From Candidatus Omnitrophota bacterium (GTDB lineage: Bacteria > Omnitrophota > Gorgyraeia > Gygaellales > Profunditerraquicolaceae): a DNA stretch of 64,000 bases. Of the stretch, positions 36,672-46,830 are shown piece after piece. Under the pieces are notes generated by a model. That model worked only from the letters and a program-made list of their open reading frames with translations, was not told where the DNA came from and ran no database searches. The translations under genes and the position numbers were made by a program. The stretch lies in contig WOZK01000031.1 of assembly GCA_011620275.1 (NCBI GenBank), positions 23,479 to 87,478 of the forward strand, given 5' to 3'. Positions within the stretch are counted from its first letter, which is position 1; each line of letters begins with the position of its first letter.

Positions 36672-39377
36672 CTACTGCCGGCCGCGCACCTTTTTCACCA
36701 ATTCCACGCACCATAACGGTAAGGAAGAAAGGGCCACCATAACGACCCAGTCCAAAAGATCCGGCGAAGAAACGCTGAAGATGTCGGAGAAGAACGGCAT
36801 GTATACCGCCGCCAGCAAAAGCAGGAAAGAAACCAGCACCGCCGCCGCCAGCTTGGCGTTGGAGAATATACCGAGCGAAAAGATCGAGCGCTCCATGCTG
36901 CGGCAGTTGAAAGCATGAAAGAGCTGACTGCAGGAAAGCACGATGAAGGCAGCGGTCCGGGCCTCCATTAAATCCTGTTTGCGGACGAACAACTCGAAGA
37001 CAAAAGCGGCGAGACTGCAAAAAGCTATAAGCGCTCCCTGAAAAAGCATCAGCTTAAGACGCCCGCCGTCGATTATCTTTTCCTGCGGATCGCGCGGAGG
37101 TCTGGACATAACGTCCCGCTCTACGGGCTCCACTCCCAGTGCCAGGGCAGGCAGGCTGTCCGTTACCAGGTTAACCCAGAGTATGTGTATCGGCAAAAGC
37201 GGCACCGGCAGACCGAAGAGGGAAGCCGCGAACATAACCATAATCTCCCCCGTATTGCAGGAAAGCAGATAATGTATGAACTTACGAATGTTGCCGTATA
37301 TGCCGCGCCCTTCTTCCACCGCGGCGACTATAGAAGAGAAATTGTCGTCGGTAACGACCATATCGGAGACCTCTTTGGTAACATCCGTGCCGGTAATTCC
37401 CATGGCCACCCCGATGTCGGCTTCCTTCACCGCCGGGGCGTCATTGACTCCGTCTCCGGTCATGGCGACAATCTCGCCGCGGCCGCGCCAGGCCCGCACA
37501 ATCCTCAGTTTATGCTCCGGAGAAACCCTGGCATATACCGCGATATTCCCCACGCGGGCGGCGAACTCCTTTTCGGAAAGAAGGTCCAGGTCTTCTCCGC
37601 TCAAAGCGCCGGATCCGGAATCGAAAAATCCGAGGATGCGCGCCACCGCCACGGCGGTATTCTTATGATCACCGGTGATCATAACGGTGCGTATGCCGGC
37701 CCTTCTGCATCTGGACACAGCCTCCGCTGCCTCCGGACGGGGAGGATCCATCATGGCGATCAGCCCGCAAAAAACAAGATAACGTTCTATGAAATCCGGG
37801 TTATAATCCTCCGGCCGTCCGTCTAAAGGGCGGTAGGCGACGGCCAGGACGCGCATCGCGCCGTCAGCCAGGCTGTCGTTCAGCTCCAGTATCCGTTTTT
37901 TCTCTTCCGGAGAAAGCCTGCGCCTGGCCCCGTTCTCCTCAATCTCCGAGCAGTCCCCGAGAAGCACATCCGGGGCCCCCTTGACGAAGACGGTAAATCC
38001 GTCCCCCTCTCTACGCACTATACTCATTTTTTTGCGTTTCGGGTCAAAAGGGATCTCTTCCACGAACGGGAACTCTTTTTCCAGCGCCGATTTATCAATC
38101 CCCATTTTAGCCGCCGCGACCAATATCGCTCCCTCGGTAGGGTCTCCGACAACACTGGTCCTGCCGGAAGAGAACACCAGTTCGGCGCCGTTGCAAAGAA
38201 CGCCGCACAGCAGCGCCTTTTTCAACTCCGGATAATCGAGAGGATTTATCTTACTGCCGCCCAGGAGAAAATCCCCCTCGGGGGAATACCCGCTGCCCTC
38301 CACAGAGAATACGCGGCCTGGAAAAGCTACACGCTGCACGGTCATTTCATTTTTGGTCAAGGTCCCGGTTTTATCTGTGCAGATAACCGTGGCGCAGCCC
38401 AGAGTCTCCACCGAAGGAAGCTTCCTGATCAAAGCATTGCGTTTGACCATACGCTGCACACCGAGGGCCAAAGCCACCGTGACCACCGCCGGCAGTCCTT
38501 CCGGAATGGCCGCCACTGCGAGGCTGACCGCGGTAAGAAAAACATCCAGCATCCTTCCGCCGCGCAGCATTTCCAGGACAAAAACGATACCCACCAACGC
38601 GAAACAAATATATACTATCCATCTGCCGAACTCTTCCAGCTTGCGTTGCAGAGGCGTCTGTTCCGAGGCTTGCTGCTGTATCATGCCGGCTATCCTACCG
38701 AGCTCAGTGCTCATCCCGGTGTTGACTACCAGTGCTCTGGCTTTACCCGTCACCACGGATGTCCCCATGTAGATCATATTTGCCCTGTCGGCCAGGCCGG
38801 CATCGGCTATATTTAAAGGAAGTTCGGTCTTGTTTACCGGTATCGACTCCCCGGTAAGACTGGCTTCCTGGACCGCGAAATTACGCGTAACCCAGCAAAC
38901 ACGGCAGTCCGCCTGGAGATTATCCCCCGCCTCTATTTCAATCAGGTCTCCCGGGACCAGTTCGCGGGAAGGAAGCATTCCACGCACGCCGCTGCGTATT
39001 ATGCGGGATACCGGGCTGGACATTTTCTTCAACGCCGCCAGAGACTTCTCCGCGCGATACTCCTGCAGGAATCCGAGAAAAGCGTTCAGTACCACCACAG
39101 CCAGAATCGCCAGCGCGTCGCCCCACTCGTTCAAAAAACCGGATATGACCGCGGCCGCGATCAGCACCCAGATGATGAAACTCTTGAACTGGGCAATGAA
39201 AATCTCAAACGCCGAATCGTGCGCGGCCTCCTTCAATTCGTTGGGTCCGTATTCGCGCAAACGGTCGCCGGCTGCCTGCAGGGAAAGCCCTTTATTCAGG
39301 TCCGTCCCGAGTTCCCTGGCCGCATCGACGGCGTCTTTCTGCCACCATTTAATCATAGCGTCACGTTCAGTGGTCAC
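36672..39377 (-). CDS. P-type ATPase, type IIA (Ca2+/cation transporting)
   Basis: The phosphorylation site is ICTDKTGTLT. The motifs MITGDHKNTAVAVAR and MTGDGVNDAPAVKEADIGVAMG are present. There are ten TM helices. It is 901 aa. Confidence 0.85.
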   Translation of the reverse strand: MTTERDAMIKWWQKDAVDAARELGTDLNKGLSLQAAGDRLREYGPNELKEAAHDSAFEIFIAQFKSFIIWVLIAAAVISGFLNEWGDALAILAVVVLNAFLGFLQEYRAEKSLAALKKMSSPVSRIIRSGVRGMLPSRELVPGDLIEIEAGDNLQADCRVCWVTRNFAVQEASLTGESIPVNKTELPLNIADAGLADRANMIYMGTSVVTGKARALVVNTGMSTELGRIAGMIQQQASEQTPLQRKLEEFGRWIVYICFALVGIVFVLEMLRGGRMLDVFLTAVSLAVAAIPEGLPAVVTVALALGVQRMVKRNALIRKLPSVETLGCATVICTDKTGTLTKNEMTVQRVAFPGRVFSVEGSGYSPEGDFLLGGSKINPLDYPELKKALLCGVLCNGAELVFSSGRTSVVGDPTEGAILVAAAKMGIDKSALEKEFPFVEEIPFDPKRKKMSIVRREGDGFTVFVKGAPDVLLGDCSEIEENGARRRLSPEEKKRILELNDSLADGAMRVLAVAYRPLDGRPEDYNPDFIERYLVFCGLIAMMDPPRPEAAEAVSRCRRAGIRTVMITGDHKNTAVAVARILGFFDSGSGALSGEDLDLLSEKEFAARVGNIAVYARVSPEHKLRIVRAWRGRGEIVAMTGDGVNDAPAVKEADIGVAMGITGTDVTKEVSDMVVTDDNFSSIVAAVEEGRGIYGNIRKFIHYLLSCNTGEIMVMFAASLFGLPVPLLPIHILWVNLVTDSLPALALGVEPVERDVMSRPPRDPQEKIIDGGRLKLMLFQGALIAFCSLAAFVFELFVRKQDLMEARTAAFIVLSCSQLFHAFNCRSMERSIFSLGIFSNAKLAAAVLVSFLLLLAAVYMPFFSDIFSVSSPDLLDWVVMVALSSLPLWCVELVKKVRGRQ

Positions 39378-39542
39378 TCCGCAGCCTTTCTATCGTATAT
39401 CCAGTTCACTACTACGCTGTTAAATAAATTCTTTAAACAGCGCACGGAATCCGCCAACGCTTCAGTGGCGGACGGTCAACTTTCTACTTTCGATTCTCAA
39501 ATATTAAGAACTCGTTTTACAATGAACTTATGTAACAATACA

Positions 39543-40565
39543 CTACCATCCTCCGGGAAATACCCCCGGGATCTTCTCCCCGCAAAAACGGCATTTTCCG
39601 TTATGCATCCCGCAATTCCGGATATGGAATACTTCCCTTTTTATCAAAAGCTCCCGGCACTTATGACAATGCGTATCTGCGCCCCAGCCCGAAACGTTGC
39701 CGGCGTAAACATAAGGAAGCCCGGCCCGCTTGCCGGTCTCCACCGCCTCCCTCACAAGCAGCTCAGGGGTGGATTGAAATGCGCCGAATTTATAATCCGG
39801 GTGGAACCGCGAGATATGCCAGGGTATATTGCGGTCGAGAGAAGCGATAAACCCCGCCAGCCCTTCGAGCTCCTCCCTGGAGTCGTTCAAGCCCGGTATC
39901 AACAGCGTGGTAAGTTCCACCCAAATGCCGAGCTTTTTCATCAAGCGCACCGATTCCAGGACCGGCCTCAACGCCGCCCCGCAGTGTTTGCGGTATGAGT
40001 CATCCCTGAAAAATTTTATATCCACGTTGGCCGCGTCCAGCCAGGGAGCGACGGCCTCCAAAGCCCGGCGGCTCATATAACCGTTGGTAACGAAAACGTT
40101 TTTCAGCCCTTGCTCCCGCGCCGCTTTGCAAGTATCAAGAGCGTATTCCATAAATACCGTCGGTTCGGTATAAGTATATGAAACGCCGGCGCACCCGTTC
40201 TCCACCGCCGATTCCACTATTTTCTCCGGTGGGAATTCTTCTGCCGGCGGCGCTCCGTCATAAAAAGAAACGTCCTGTGATATCTGCCAGTTCTGGCAGA
40301 ACCCGCACTTGAAATTGCACCCGGGAAAGGCAATAGACATGCTCAAGGAACCGGGAAGAAAATGATACAGCGGCTTTTTCTCCACCGGGTCGGCGTTCCT
40401 GCAAACGGGATTGCCGTAGGCGTGCGTCATCAATATGCCGTCCTTGTTGAAACGGACCCCGCAGATACCGCTGCCGCCGGGCAATATACGGCAGGAATGA
40501 CGGCAAAGCAGACAGCGCACCGCGCCGCCGGACTGCTTCACGTACAATATGGCTTCTTTGTCCAT
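39543..40565 (-). CDS. Radical SAM enzyme, AmmeMemoRadiSam-system type (PFL-activase-like)
   Basis: The radical SAM motif is GCNFKCGFCQNWQIS. An N-terminal Cys cluster CLLCRHSC and a C-terminal cluster CHKCRE...CGMHNGKCRFCG are present. The segment DPVEKKPLYHF is conserved. Confidence 0.7.
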   Translation of the reverse strand: MDKEAILYVKQSGGAVRCLLCRHSCRILPGGSGICGVRFNKDGILMTHAYGNPVCRNADPVEKKPLYHFLPGSLSMSIAFPGCNFKCGFCQNWQISQDVSFYDGAPPAEEFPPEKIVESAVENGCAGVSYTYTEPTVFMEYALDTCKAAREQGLKNVFVTNGYMSRRALEAVAPWLDAANVDIKFFRDDSYRKHCGAALRPVLESVRLMKKLGIWVELTTLLIPGLNDSREELEGLAGFIASLDRNIPWHISRFHPDYKFGAFQSTPELLVREAVETGKRAGLPYVYAGNVSGWGADTHCHKCRELLIKREVFHIRNCGMHNGKCRFCGEKIPGVFPGGW

Positions 40566-40580
40566 GGTCAGCGACGGACC

Positions 40581-41288
40581 TCAGCGTATCAATGCCACCT
40601 CGTCTATATACAACACTACCTCTATCTGCTCCGTCTTCAGGTCTACCGGCCGCTCCGTGACGATACCGAGGACCTCGAACTGATAGGACTTCACCCCGTT
40701 ATCAACCCTGCTCAAAGAGGTTTTGTCGTCTCCGGTACCCGTCCATTTCACGCTGTTCCAGTCGCGCTGATAGTCATAGCGTGTGGTCAATTCCTTGAAA
40801 TACACCCGCTCCTCAAGCCACTCCCCGGTATGCACGATCCTGGAGGCACGCAGTATCTCTCCATCCCCATCTATGATATCGGTGGCGATCTTGACCATCA
40901 CAGGTCTCTGCTCCGTACCTTTGACGGGTTCGACAAATATTTTGTAAGAGATCCCGGATATTTCATCCCAATCCAATCTTGCCGGCCGATTCTCCCACTC
41001 GCATCTTTTTTCGATAAGGCCCTGCCCGCAGGCCAGAAAATTATAACTTCCCGGGATGAGCTTCAGGCTCAATTTAAGAGACCTGCCGAACGGAGACGCG
41101 CTCCTGGAGGAACTTCCCACCGCGAGATTAAAATCGCGGCTGCCGTATTCCACTCTTTTTACCGCGTCCCTGGAATCGAACCTGCTTATCACTACCCGGC
41201 GCGGATTAGCCGGGCGCAGAAGTGTGCCGGCGATAACGACCGCCGCCGATACGATCAACAAAACAGCTGTTTTTCTCAACCTGGTCAT
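40581..41288 (-). CDS. Hypothetical secreted protein
   Basis: It has a signal peptide or anchor, MTRLRKTAVLLIVSAAVVIAGTLL. No recognisable domain was found. Confidence 0.4.
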   Translation of the reverse strand: MTRLRKTAVLLIVSAAVVIAGTLLRPANPRRVVISRFDSRDAVKRVEYGSRDFNLAVGSSSRSASPFGRSLKLSLKLIPGSYNFLACGQGLIEKRCEWENRPARLDWDEISGISYKIFVEPVKGTEQRPVMVKIATDIIDGDGEILRASRIVHTGEWLEERVYFKELTTRYDYQRDWNSVKWTGTGDDKTSLSRVDNGVKSYQFEVLGIVTERPVDLKTEQIEVVLYIDEVALIR

Positions 41289-41330
41289 TTTTCCTCCTTG
41301 AAGTTTTTATCCCGGCGGCGAAACACAGAA

Positions 41331-42356
41331 TTATTTACCTATGCGGAATGCCTCCAGAGCCTTTTCGTCAGCCGGTAAACAATACGAAATTGTCTCCGCG
41401 CCTCCCGCCTGCACCCTGTGGGATATCTTTACTCCGCAGCCCGGAGCCGGACGGCAGTAATAAGCCAGAAGCGAACCAGACAATGCTATAAGGCCGACAT
41501 CAAACTCCCCTCTGGCCAGGGCGACCGGGCCGGACACATCTATGGTATAAAAAAGGACATCGCCCGGTCCGGCAAAGGATTCCAGTAACCCGTTTTCTTC
41601 CTCATCTCTTCCCACTATGAGCTTTGTTTTTTCGGAAAGCCTGAAATGCCTGCCGAACTTGAGCAGTTCAAATCCTCTCCTCTCCAGTCCTTCGTGGCAG
41701 CAAAGGTCGCGCAGACGCCCGGAAAAGATCGGATCAGTAAGCAAGCATCCTCCGGCGGCATTCACCGGTTCTTTTATCCCCACAGACTCCGCCAGGCGCA
41801 ATTGCGCCTGCCTGGACCGCCCGCTTAGACTGAGCAATTTTGCGCGCTCCACCCATCCTTGTTTTTCAGGTATGGTCTCCGGTAGTATCCGGCCGGAAAG
41901 AGGCCTCAAGATCAAACCGGGAATACCGCTTTCGCGGTCGGCGATCTCCAAAGATTGTCTGCGCTGGGACATGCCGCGCTGCCCCAGGACTTCCCCGGTA
42001 ACTACAAAATCGGCTCCCGCCCGCCGCATGAACTCCGCGCCTTTCTTCAGCATCAGTATCCGGCAGTCCAGACACGGATTCATATTGGAACCGAAGCCGT
42101 ATTCGGGAGACTTCAAGAGAGCGACGGCCTCCCCGGAAGCGTCAACCCCGGCAAGGGGCACTCCCGCCCATTCTTCCAGACGGGAAATCAACCTGCTTTT
42201 TGCTCCCGTTCTATCGCGCTCGCGCGGCAGATAAGGCAGCAGGACCTTCAGAGGCAAGACTGTTATCCCCTGATCGATCATCAGTCTGGCGGCGAGTATA
42301 CTGTCCAGGCCGCCTGAAATAAGCGCTACGGCTTTTATCGGTTTTTTTCGGGACAT
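41331..42356 (-). CDS. PP-loop ATP pyrophosphatase, MnmA/ThiI-like (probable thiolation or adenylation enzyme)
   Basis: The PP-loop is ALISGGLDSILAA. The MnmA-like catalytic Cys motif is NMNPCLDCR. The ThiI-like motif VVTGEVLGQRGMSQRRQSL is present. Confidence 0.55.
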   Translation of the reverse strand: MSRKKPIKAVALISGGLDSILAARLMIDQGITVLPLKVLLPYLPRERDRTGAKSRLISRLEEWAGVPLAGVDASGEAVALLKSPEYGFGSNMNPCLDCRILMLKKGAEFMRRAGADFVVTGEVLGQRGMSQRRQSLEIADRESGIPGLILRPLSGRILPETIPEKQGWVERAKLLSLSGRSRQAQLRLAESVGIKEPVNAAGGCLLTDPIFSGRLRDLCCHEGLERRGFELLKFGRHFRLSEKTKLIVGRDEEENGLLESFAGPGDVLFYTIDVSGPVALARGEFDVGLIALSGSLLAYYCRPAPGCGVKISHRVQAGGAETISYCLPADEKALEAFRIGK

Positions 42357-42438
42357 TTCCTACGGCCCTCTTTGCAAAACACGCACAAATAATACCCCAT
42401 TTTCTGAAATAAGTTCGGTAACGGGCCCGCCGAAACGG

Positions 42439-43797
42439 TTATTCCGTAAGGCGGACTGCAGGCAGGTTTTTCAAAGAACGTCTGATTTCGGCGGCAGGAT
42501 GGGAAAAATTTTTCAGCTCTCCGCCGAGAAACTTGTCATAAGACGCGAGGTCGAGGAAACCGTGCCCGCTGAAGTTAAAAAGAATGCACGCGCCTTTGGG
42601 CGCCCTTTTTGCCGCGTCGATGACAGCCTTAACGGCGTGCGCGGTCTCCGGGGCAGGAACGATGCCCTCGGTCCGGGCAAAAGCCAGAGCGGCCTTAAAA
42701 ACTTCCAGCTGCGGATAAGACCGGGCCTCGACTATCTTCTTTCTGCAAAGCAGGCTTACCAGAGGAGAACATCCGTGATATCTTAAACCTCCGGCGTGTA
42801 TGGAAGGCGGCATAAATTTGTGTCCGAGAGTGAACATCTTTAACAGCGGCGTGAGAGAAGCGGTGTCTCCAAAATCGTACTCATACAAGCCCCTGGTCAG
42901 GGTGGGGCAGGCGGAAGGTTCGACCGCTATTATGCGCATCTCCGGACGCCTGCGCAATTTGTCCGCCACGAAGGGAAAAGCCAATCCGCCGAAATTACTG
43001 CCGCCGCCTACGCATCCGATCACAAAATCCGGCGTCTCTCCGATAAGTTTAAGCTGCTCCTTGGCCTCCTGCCCGATGACAGTCTGGTGTAGAAGAACGT
43101 GGTTCAACACGCTGCCAAGGGCGTAATTGGTATCCTTTCTGCCGGCGGCATCCTCCACCGCTTCAGAAATAGCCACCCCGAGACTCCCGCGGCATCCAGG
43201 ATCTTCCTTGAGTATGGCTCGCCCGCAAACAGTGGTCTTTGAAGGGGAAGCGACGACATCCGCGCCCCAGATTTTCATCAATGAACGCCGAAAAGGTTTC
43301 TGGTTGTAACTTACCTTTACCATATAAATCATACACTTCAAGGAGAAGACGTTGCAGGCGAAACTCAACGCCGCGCCCCACTGGCCGGCCCCGGTCTCGG
43401 TAGTCAAACGGCGTATACCTTCTTTTTTGTTGAAATATGCCTGCGCTATGGAAGTATTGATCTTGTGGCTGCCGGTGGGCGAAACACTTTCGTCTTTATA
43501 GTAAATGCGCGTTTTAGTTCCAAGATACTTCTCCAGCCGCAAAGCCCTCTTCAAAGGGGTGGGCCTCCAAAGCCTGTAAATATCCCTTACCGCGGCCGGG
43601 ATAGCGAACTCTTTCTGCCGGCCCATCTCCTGCCGGATTAATGAAAGAGGGAATATTGTATGCAGGTTCTTCGCCGACAACGGCCGGCCGGTGGCAGGGT
43701 TCAGTGCCGGAGGAGCGGGAAAAGGCAGATCGGCAAGCAGATTATACCAGACTGTCGGTATATGCTTCTCCGACAGAATGACTTTACTTTCATCCAT
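42439..43797 (-). CDS. TrpB2-type tryptophan synthase beta-like PLP enzyme
   Basis: It is 452 aa. The PLP-Lys motif is PTGSHKINT. The Gly-rich loop is [15 protein letters not shown]. The TrpB2 length class is longer than canonical TrpB. Confidence 0.75.
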   Translation of the reverse strand: MDESKVILSEKHIPTVWYNLLADLPFPAPPALNPATGRPLSAKNLHTIFPLSLIRQEMGRQKEFAIPAAVRDIYRLWRPTPLKRALRLEKYLGTKTRIYYKDESVSPTGSHKINTSIAQAYFNKKEGIRRLTTETGAGQWGAALSFACNVFSLKCMIYMVKVSYNQKPFRRSLMKIWGADVVASPSKTTVCGRAILKEDPGCRGSLGVAISEAVEDAAGRKDTNYALGSVLNHVLLHQTVIGQEAKEQLKLIGETPDFVIGCVGGGSNFGGLAFPFVADKLRRRPEMRIIAVEPSACPTLTRGLYEYDFGDTASLTPLLKMFTLGHKFMPPSIHAGGLRYHGCSPLVSLLCRKKIVEARSYPQLEVFKAALAFARTEGIVPAPETAHAVKAVIDAAKRAPKGACILFNFSGHGFLDLASYDKFLGGELKNFSHPAAEIRRSLKNLPAVRLTE

Positions 43798-43951
43798 AAT
43801 ACACCTATCCCTGGCAGGGCTTTCTCCCTTTATTCGCCTTCTTGGAACGCCAGTTCAATTTACCTCTGCGTTTTCTTTTCCCCATTTTTACCTTCCTTTC
43901 AATCGTCTCCGCACGGCCGGCAGAAGCGGACCGTGAGGTACGGACGTATAT

Positions 43952-44701
43952 TTACTCCCGATATTTGTAATAATTGGCGGGTACCGCCTGTACGATATAT
44001 CTTACGGCCTCTACCATGCAGCTCCTTATGGCATTCTCCATCGGGGCTCCCGAATAACGCGAAAGCCCCCCCCCCAATATCCATCCTTCCGGAGTCCCCG
44101 CAGAAGATTTAATGGATACATCGGAATCGGAAGCCTGCCCTTGCACTTTATTGGAAGCGACCACCTCGGAATTGGCGGCATTCACTATCCTTATTTCCAG
44201 GGCGACATGCGCTTTATTTACCGAAGCCCCGAGCAACCCTCCCAAAACACCGCTGGACACGCCGCCGCCGCCGCCCAGCCCTTCTCTGCCGCCGGATGCC
44301 TGCGGTTCGAACTCATTGACACTGACGGTTATTATCAAATCCGCGGAGGGGAGCTGCTTGTCTTTCAGTCCGGCGGGGAGAGCGCCGTTGACGCCGCCCG
44401 TCGGGGTCTCCTGAACGGCAGGCAAATCAAGCACTGCGAAACGCCCGCTGTTGACAATTCCGCTCAACAGCAGATCCCGTAAAGCGGCACCGGTCTCCGC
44501 GTCGTTTTCTTCCGACTTTACCTCGAATGCAGCAACGGCAATCCTCGCTTTCGGCCCGGAATAAGCCGGCAAAGGAATCACTCCCGCTTTACTTTCGGAT
44601 CTGCCGCCCTTTACGGCGATCCCCAGTCTCTGGCATCCGCCGAACAGCAGTACCAGGCTTGAAAAAAGAAAAACCTGAACAAGTAATCTTCTCAAAATCA
44701 C
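43952..44701 (-). CDS. CsgG/HfaB-like lipoprotein
   Basis: The lipobox is LVLLFGGC. The segments IAVAAFEVKSE...LRDLLLSGIVNSGRFAVLD resemble CsgG. Confidence 0.45.
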   Translation of the reverse strand: MILRRLLVQVFLFSSLVLLFGGCQRLGIAVKGGRSESKAGVIPLPAYSGPKARIAVAAFEVKSEENDAETGAALRDLLLSGIVNSGRFAVLDLPAVQETPTGGVNGALPAGLKDKQLPSADLIITVSVNEFEPQASGGREGLGGGGGVSSGVLGGLLGASVNKAHVALEIRIVNAANSEVVASNKVQGQASDSDVSIKSSAGTPEGWILGGGLSRYSGAPMENAIRSCMVEAVRYIVQAVPANYYKYRE

Positions 44702-44767
44702 CTCTGCGGGAACAATTCTTTCACGCGGGCCCCGCCTCGAAACCGGGCCACAATGGGTTATTCTATA

Positions 44768-45421
44768 TTATAACACCAGACGGGTCAAGATTTTTCGGAG
44801 ATCACCGAGGCTGCGCACTATCTTCCAGGGCGAGAACGGTTTTATCTCTTCCTTCTTTCCGGAACCGGTCAGCACGATCGCGGTCCTCACCCCGGCGCGT
44901 AGGCCGGTCAAGGCATCGATCCCCATATCGCCTACATACAAAGCGCCGGTGCGTTTTATACCGAGTTTGCTCAAGATCAAACGCAGGATCAGCGGATTCG
45001 GTTTGCCTTTCTTCAATTTATCCGCGCAAAGCACGTAAACGAAATATTTATCGAGGGCGAAATTACCAATCAATATCCTGGAGAAACGTGTGGGGCGGTT
45101 GCTGGCCACGGCCATTAGTACGCCTTTTTTCTTCAGATATGCCATCAGCTTCGCCGCGCCGGGGAGCAGCCGCGATTTTCTGCGCAAGGCCCCGGCGTGG
45201 TGTTTTCTGTATATGCCCAGCGCCTTCTTTAGGGATTTCTTGGGAACGAACGGACGCAGCAATCCGGCATCCCCCCATCCAACGGCCCTGCGGACCACCG
45301 CCGCCGGTGCCGGCGGCAAACCCAAGCACCGCATAACATGATTAAAACTTTCCGTTATGGCCGGATAAGCATCTACCAGCGTCCCATCCAGATCGAATAT
45401 TACAAGCTTTATCTTTTCCAT
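44768..45421 (-). CDS. HAD-IA family hydrolase (phosphoglycolate phosphatase-like)
   Basis: Motif I is VIFDLDGTLVD. Motif II is VASN. Motif III/IV is K...GDMGIDA. Confidence 0.7.
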   Translation of the reverse strand: MEKIKLVIFDLDGTLVDAYPAITESFNHVMRCLGLPPAPAAVVRRAVGWGDAGLLRPFVPKKSLKKALGIYRKHHAGALRRKSRLLPGAAKLMAYLKKKGVLMAVASNRPTRFSRILIGNFALDKYFVYVLCADKLKKGKPNPLILRLILSKLGIKRTGALYVGDMGIDALTGLRAGVRTAIVLTGSGKKEEIKPFSPWKIVRSLGDLRKILTRLVL

Positions 45422-45544
45422 CTTTTGAGCGAGCCGGAAAAACCGAACAGCGGACGCAGTGTTAATCCCAGGAAAAAGGCAGGCTTAAAGCCTGCCTTTT
45501 TCAATGTAACGCCGGATCTCTTTGTTTCGGTTCCTGAACTCTGA

Positions 45545-45997
45545 TTAATCGCCGCTCTGCGCGTCGGAAGCGGGCGGCGGCTCCTGGAGGTACTCCTCCG
45601 GAGAATTCTGGGCGTCTTCCATTTTTTCCACGCTGATATTTACTGCCGCATTATTTCCGCCCGTGTCCGAAACGTAATCAACACTCACTATATCCTGCGC
45701 CTTAAGTTCGGAAATATCTTTTATATTCTCGTAAGAGGTTTTGTTGTCTACAGACAGGCTTATCTCTTTCTCGTTGTCTGTTTCATAATCAAGGTATCTC
45801 ACGATGACCTGTTTCTTGGCGGCATCTACCAGAACGACCTCTCCCCAAAGCCACTGCACCTCTTTTATCCCGCTGTCGGCGATGGCCTGATTCTCCACCG
45901 CTTTATTGTCCCGGCTTAATTCCTCGGCCAGGCACGTTCCACCGGCGAAAAAGAACGCCGCAGCAACCGCCGTGAATAGCACTTTGCATATCTTCAT
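45545..45997 (-). CDS. Hypothetical small secreted protein
   Basis: The internal start gives MKICKVLFTAVAAAFFFAGGTCLA, which reads as a signal peptide. The C-terminal tail is acidic and low-complexity. Confidence 0.4.
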   Translation of the reverse strand: MKICKVLFTAVAAAFFFAGGTCLAEELSRDNKAVENQAIADSGIKEVQWLWGEVVLVDAAKKQVIVRYLDYETDNEKEISLSVDNKTSYENIKDISELKAQDIVSVDYVSDTGGNNAAVNISVEKMEDAQNSPEEYLQEPPPASDAQSGD

Positions 45998-46101
45998 TCC
46001 GACTCCTCCTTTGCCGCCGGACGGCTCATCCGGAAACGCCTCCGCCACGCCACAATTTAGCATACGCCTTGCTCTTTGTCAAGACGGGTAAAAACCGCGC
46101 G

Positions 46102-46677
46102 TCAACGCGTAATTTCTTTTATCCGCGGAGCTGCGGCGATATAGATACCGGCCGCAAGCACGGCTTTCAGGATATCGCCCGGCACGAAGACCCAAAAGCC
46201 GCAAAGCATCGCCTGCTTCCCGCTGTAACCGCATGCCGTCTTCAGCCAGAGTGTGCCGCAGGCAAGTAAGACAAAATCCGCCAGCAGAAAAACCGCGGCC
46301 GCGCGGAGAACGCTTTTGTCGATCGCAATGGAACGGGAAAGAGAAGGGACAACTAACTGCGCCGCCATAAAACCCACTAAATATCCGCCGGTGACGCCCT
46401 GGAAGTAAGACAGACCCGCGCCGCTGCCGGTAAAAACCCCTAACCCGGCGGCCCCGGCGCATACATACAGGACCTGCGCGGCCATCCCCATCCGTGCCCC
46501 CAGAAGCGCTGCCGACAAAAGAACAAAGAAAGTCTGCAGGGTCAGCGGAACGGGAGTAAAAGGCAGCGGGATGCGCACGTGCGCTCCCAGGGTAATGGCT
46601 GCCGCAAAAGAAACAATAAGAATTATTCTCGATAATACCTTACCTAAAACAATCTCCCTTTTCAATATAGCTTCCAT
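46102..46677 (-). CDS. bioY: Biotin transporter (ECF S-component family)
   Basis: It is 191 aa with six TM segments and a full-length match to BioY, including HVRIPLPFTPVPLTLQTF. Confidence 0.75.
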   Translation of the reverse strand: MEAILKREIVLGKVLSRIILIVSFAAAITLGAHVRIPLPFTPVPLTLQTFFVLLSAALLGARMGMAAQVLYVCAGAAGLGVFTGSGAGLSYFQGVTGGYLVGFMAAQLVVPSLSRSIAIDKSVLRAAAVFLLADFVLLACGTLWLKTACGYSGKQAMLCGFWVFVPGDILKAVLAAGIYIAAAPRIKEITR

Positions 46678-46781
46678 TCCGTCATCTCCCTGTCCCTTAA
46701 CATTGTTACTGAAAACATCGCCTTGTCGGACGTCATCCGCGCCTTATATTTTTTATACCGGATATAGCGAAAATTTACCGC

Positions 46782-46821
46782 GCATAAGCCGGGAACCCGT
46801 TATGCGGCTCCCGGCTTATGC
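46782..46821. promoter_or_regulatory. Perfect 13-bp inverted repeat with a 14-nt spacer (GCATAAGCCGGGA-N14-TCCCGGCTTATGC), 40 bp overall
   Basis: Read directly from the sequence. It lies about 105 bp upstream of bioY and directly downstream of the 75-aa membrane protein gene. It could be a bioO-like BirA operator or a terminator hairpin. Confidence 0.4.
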
Positions 46822-46830
46822 CTGAATCGA

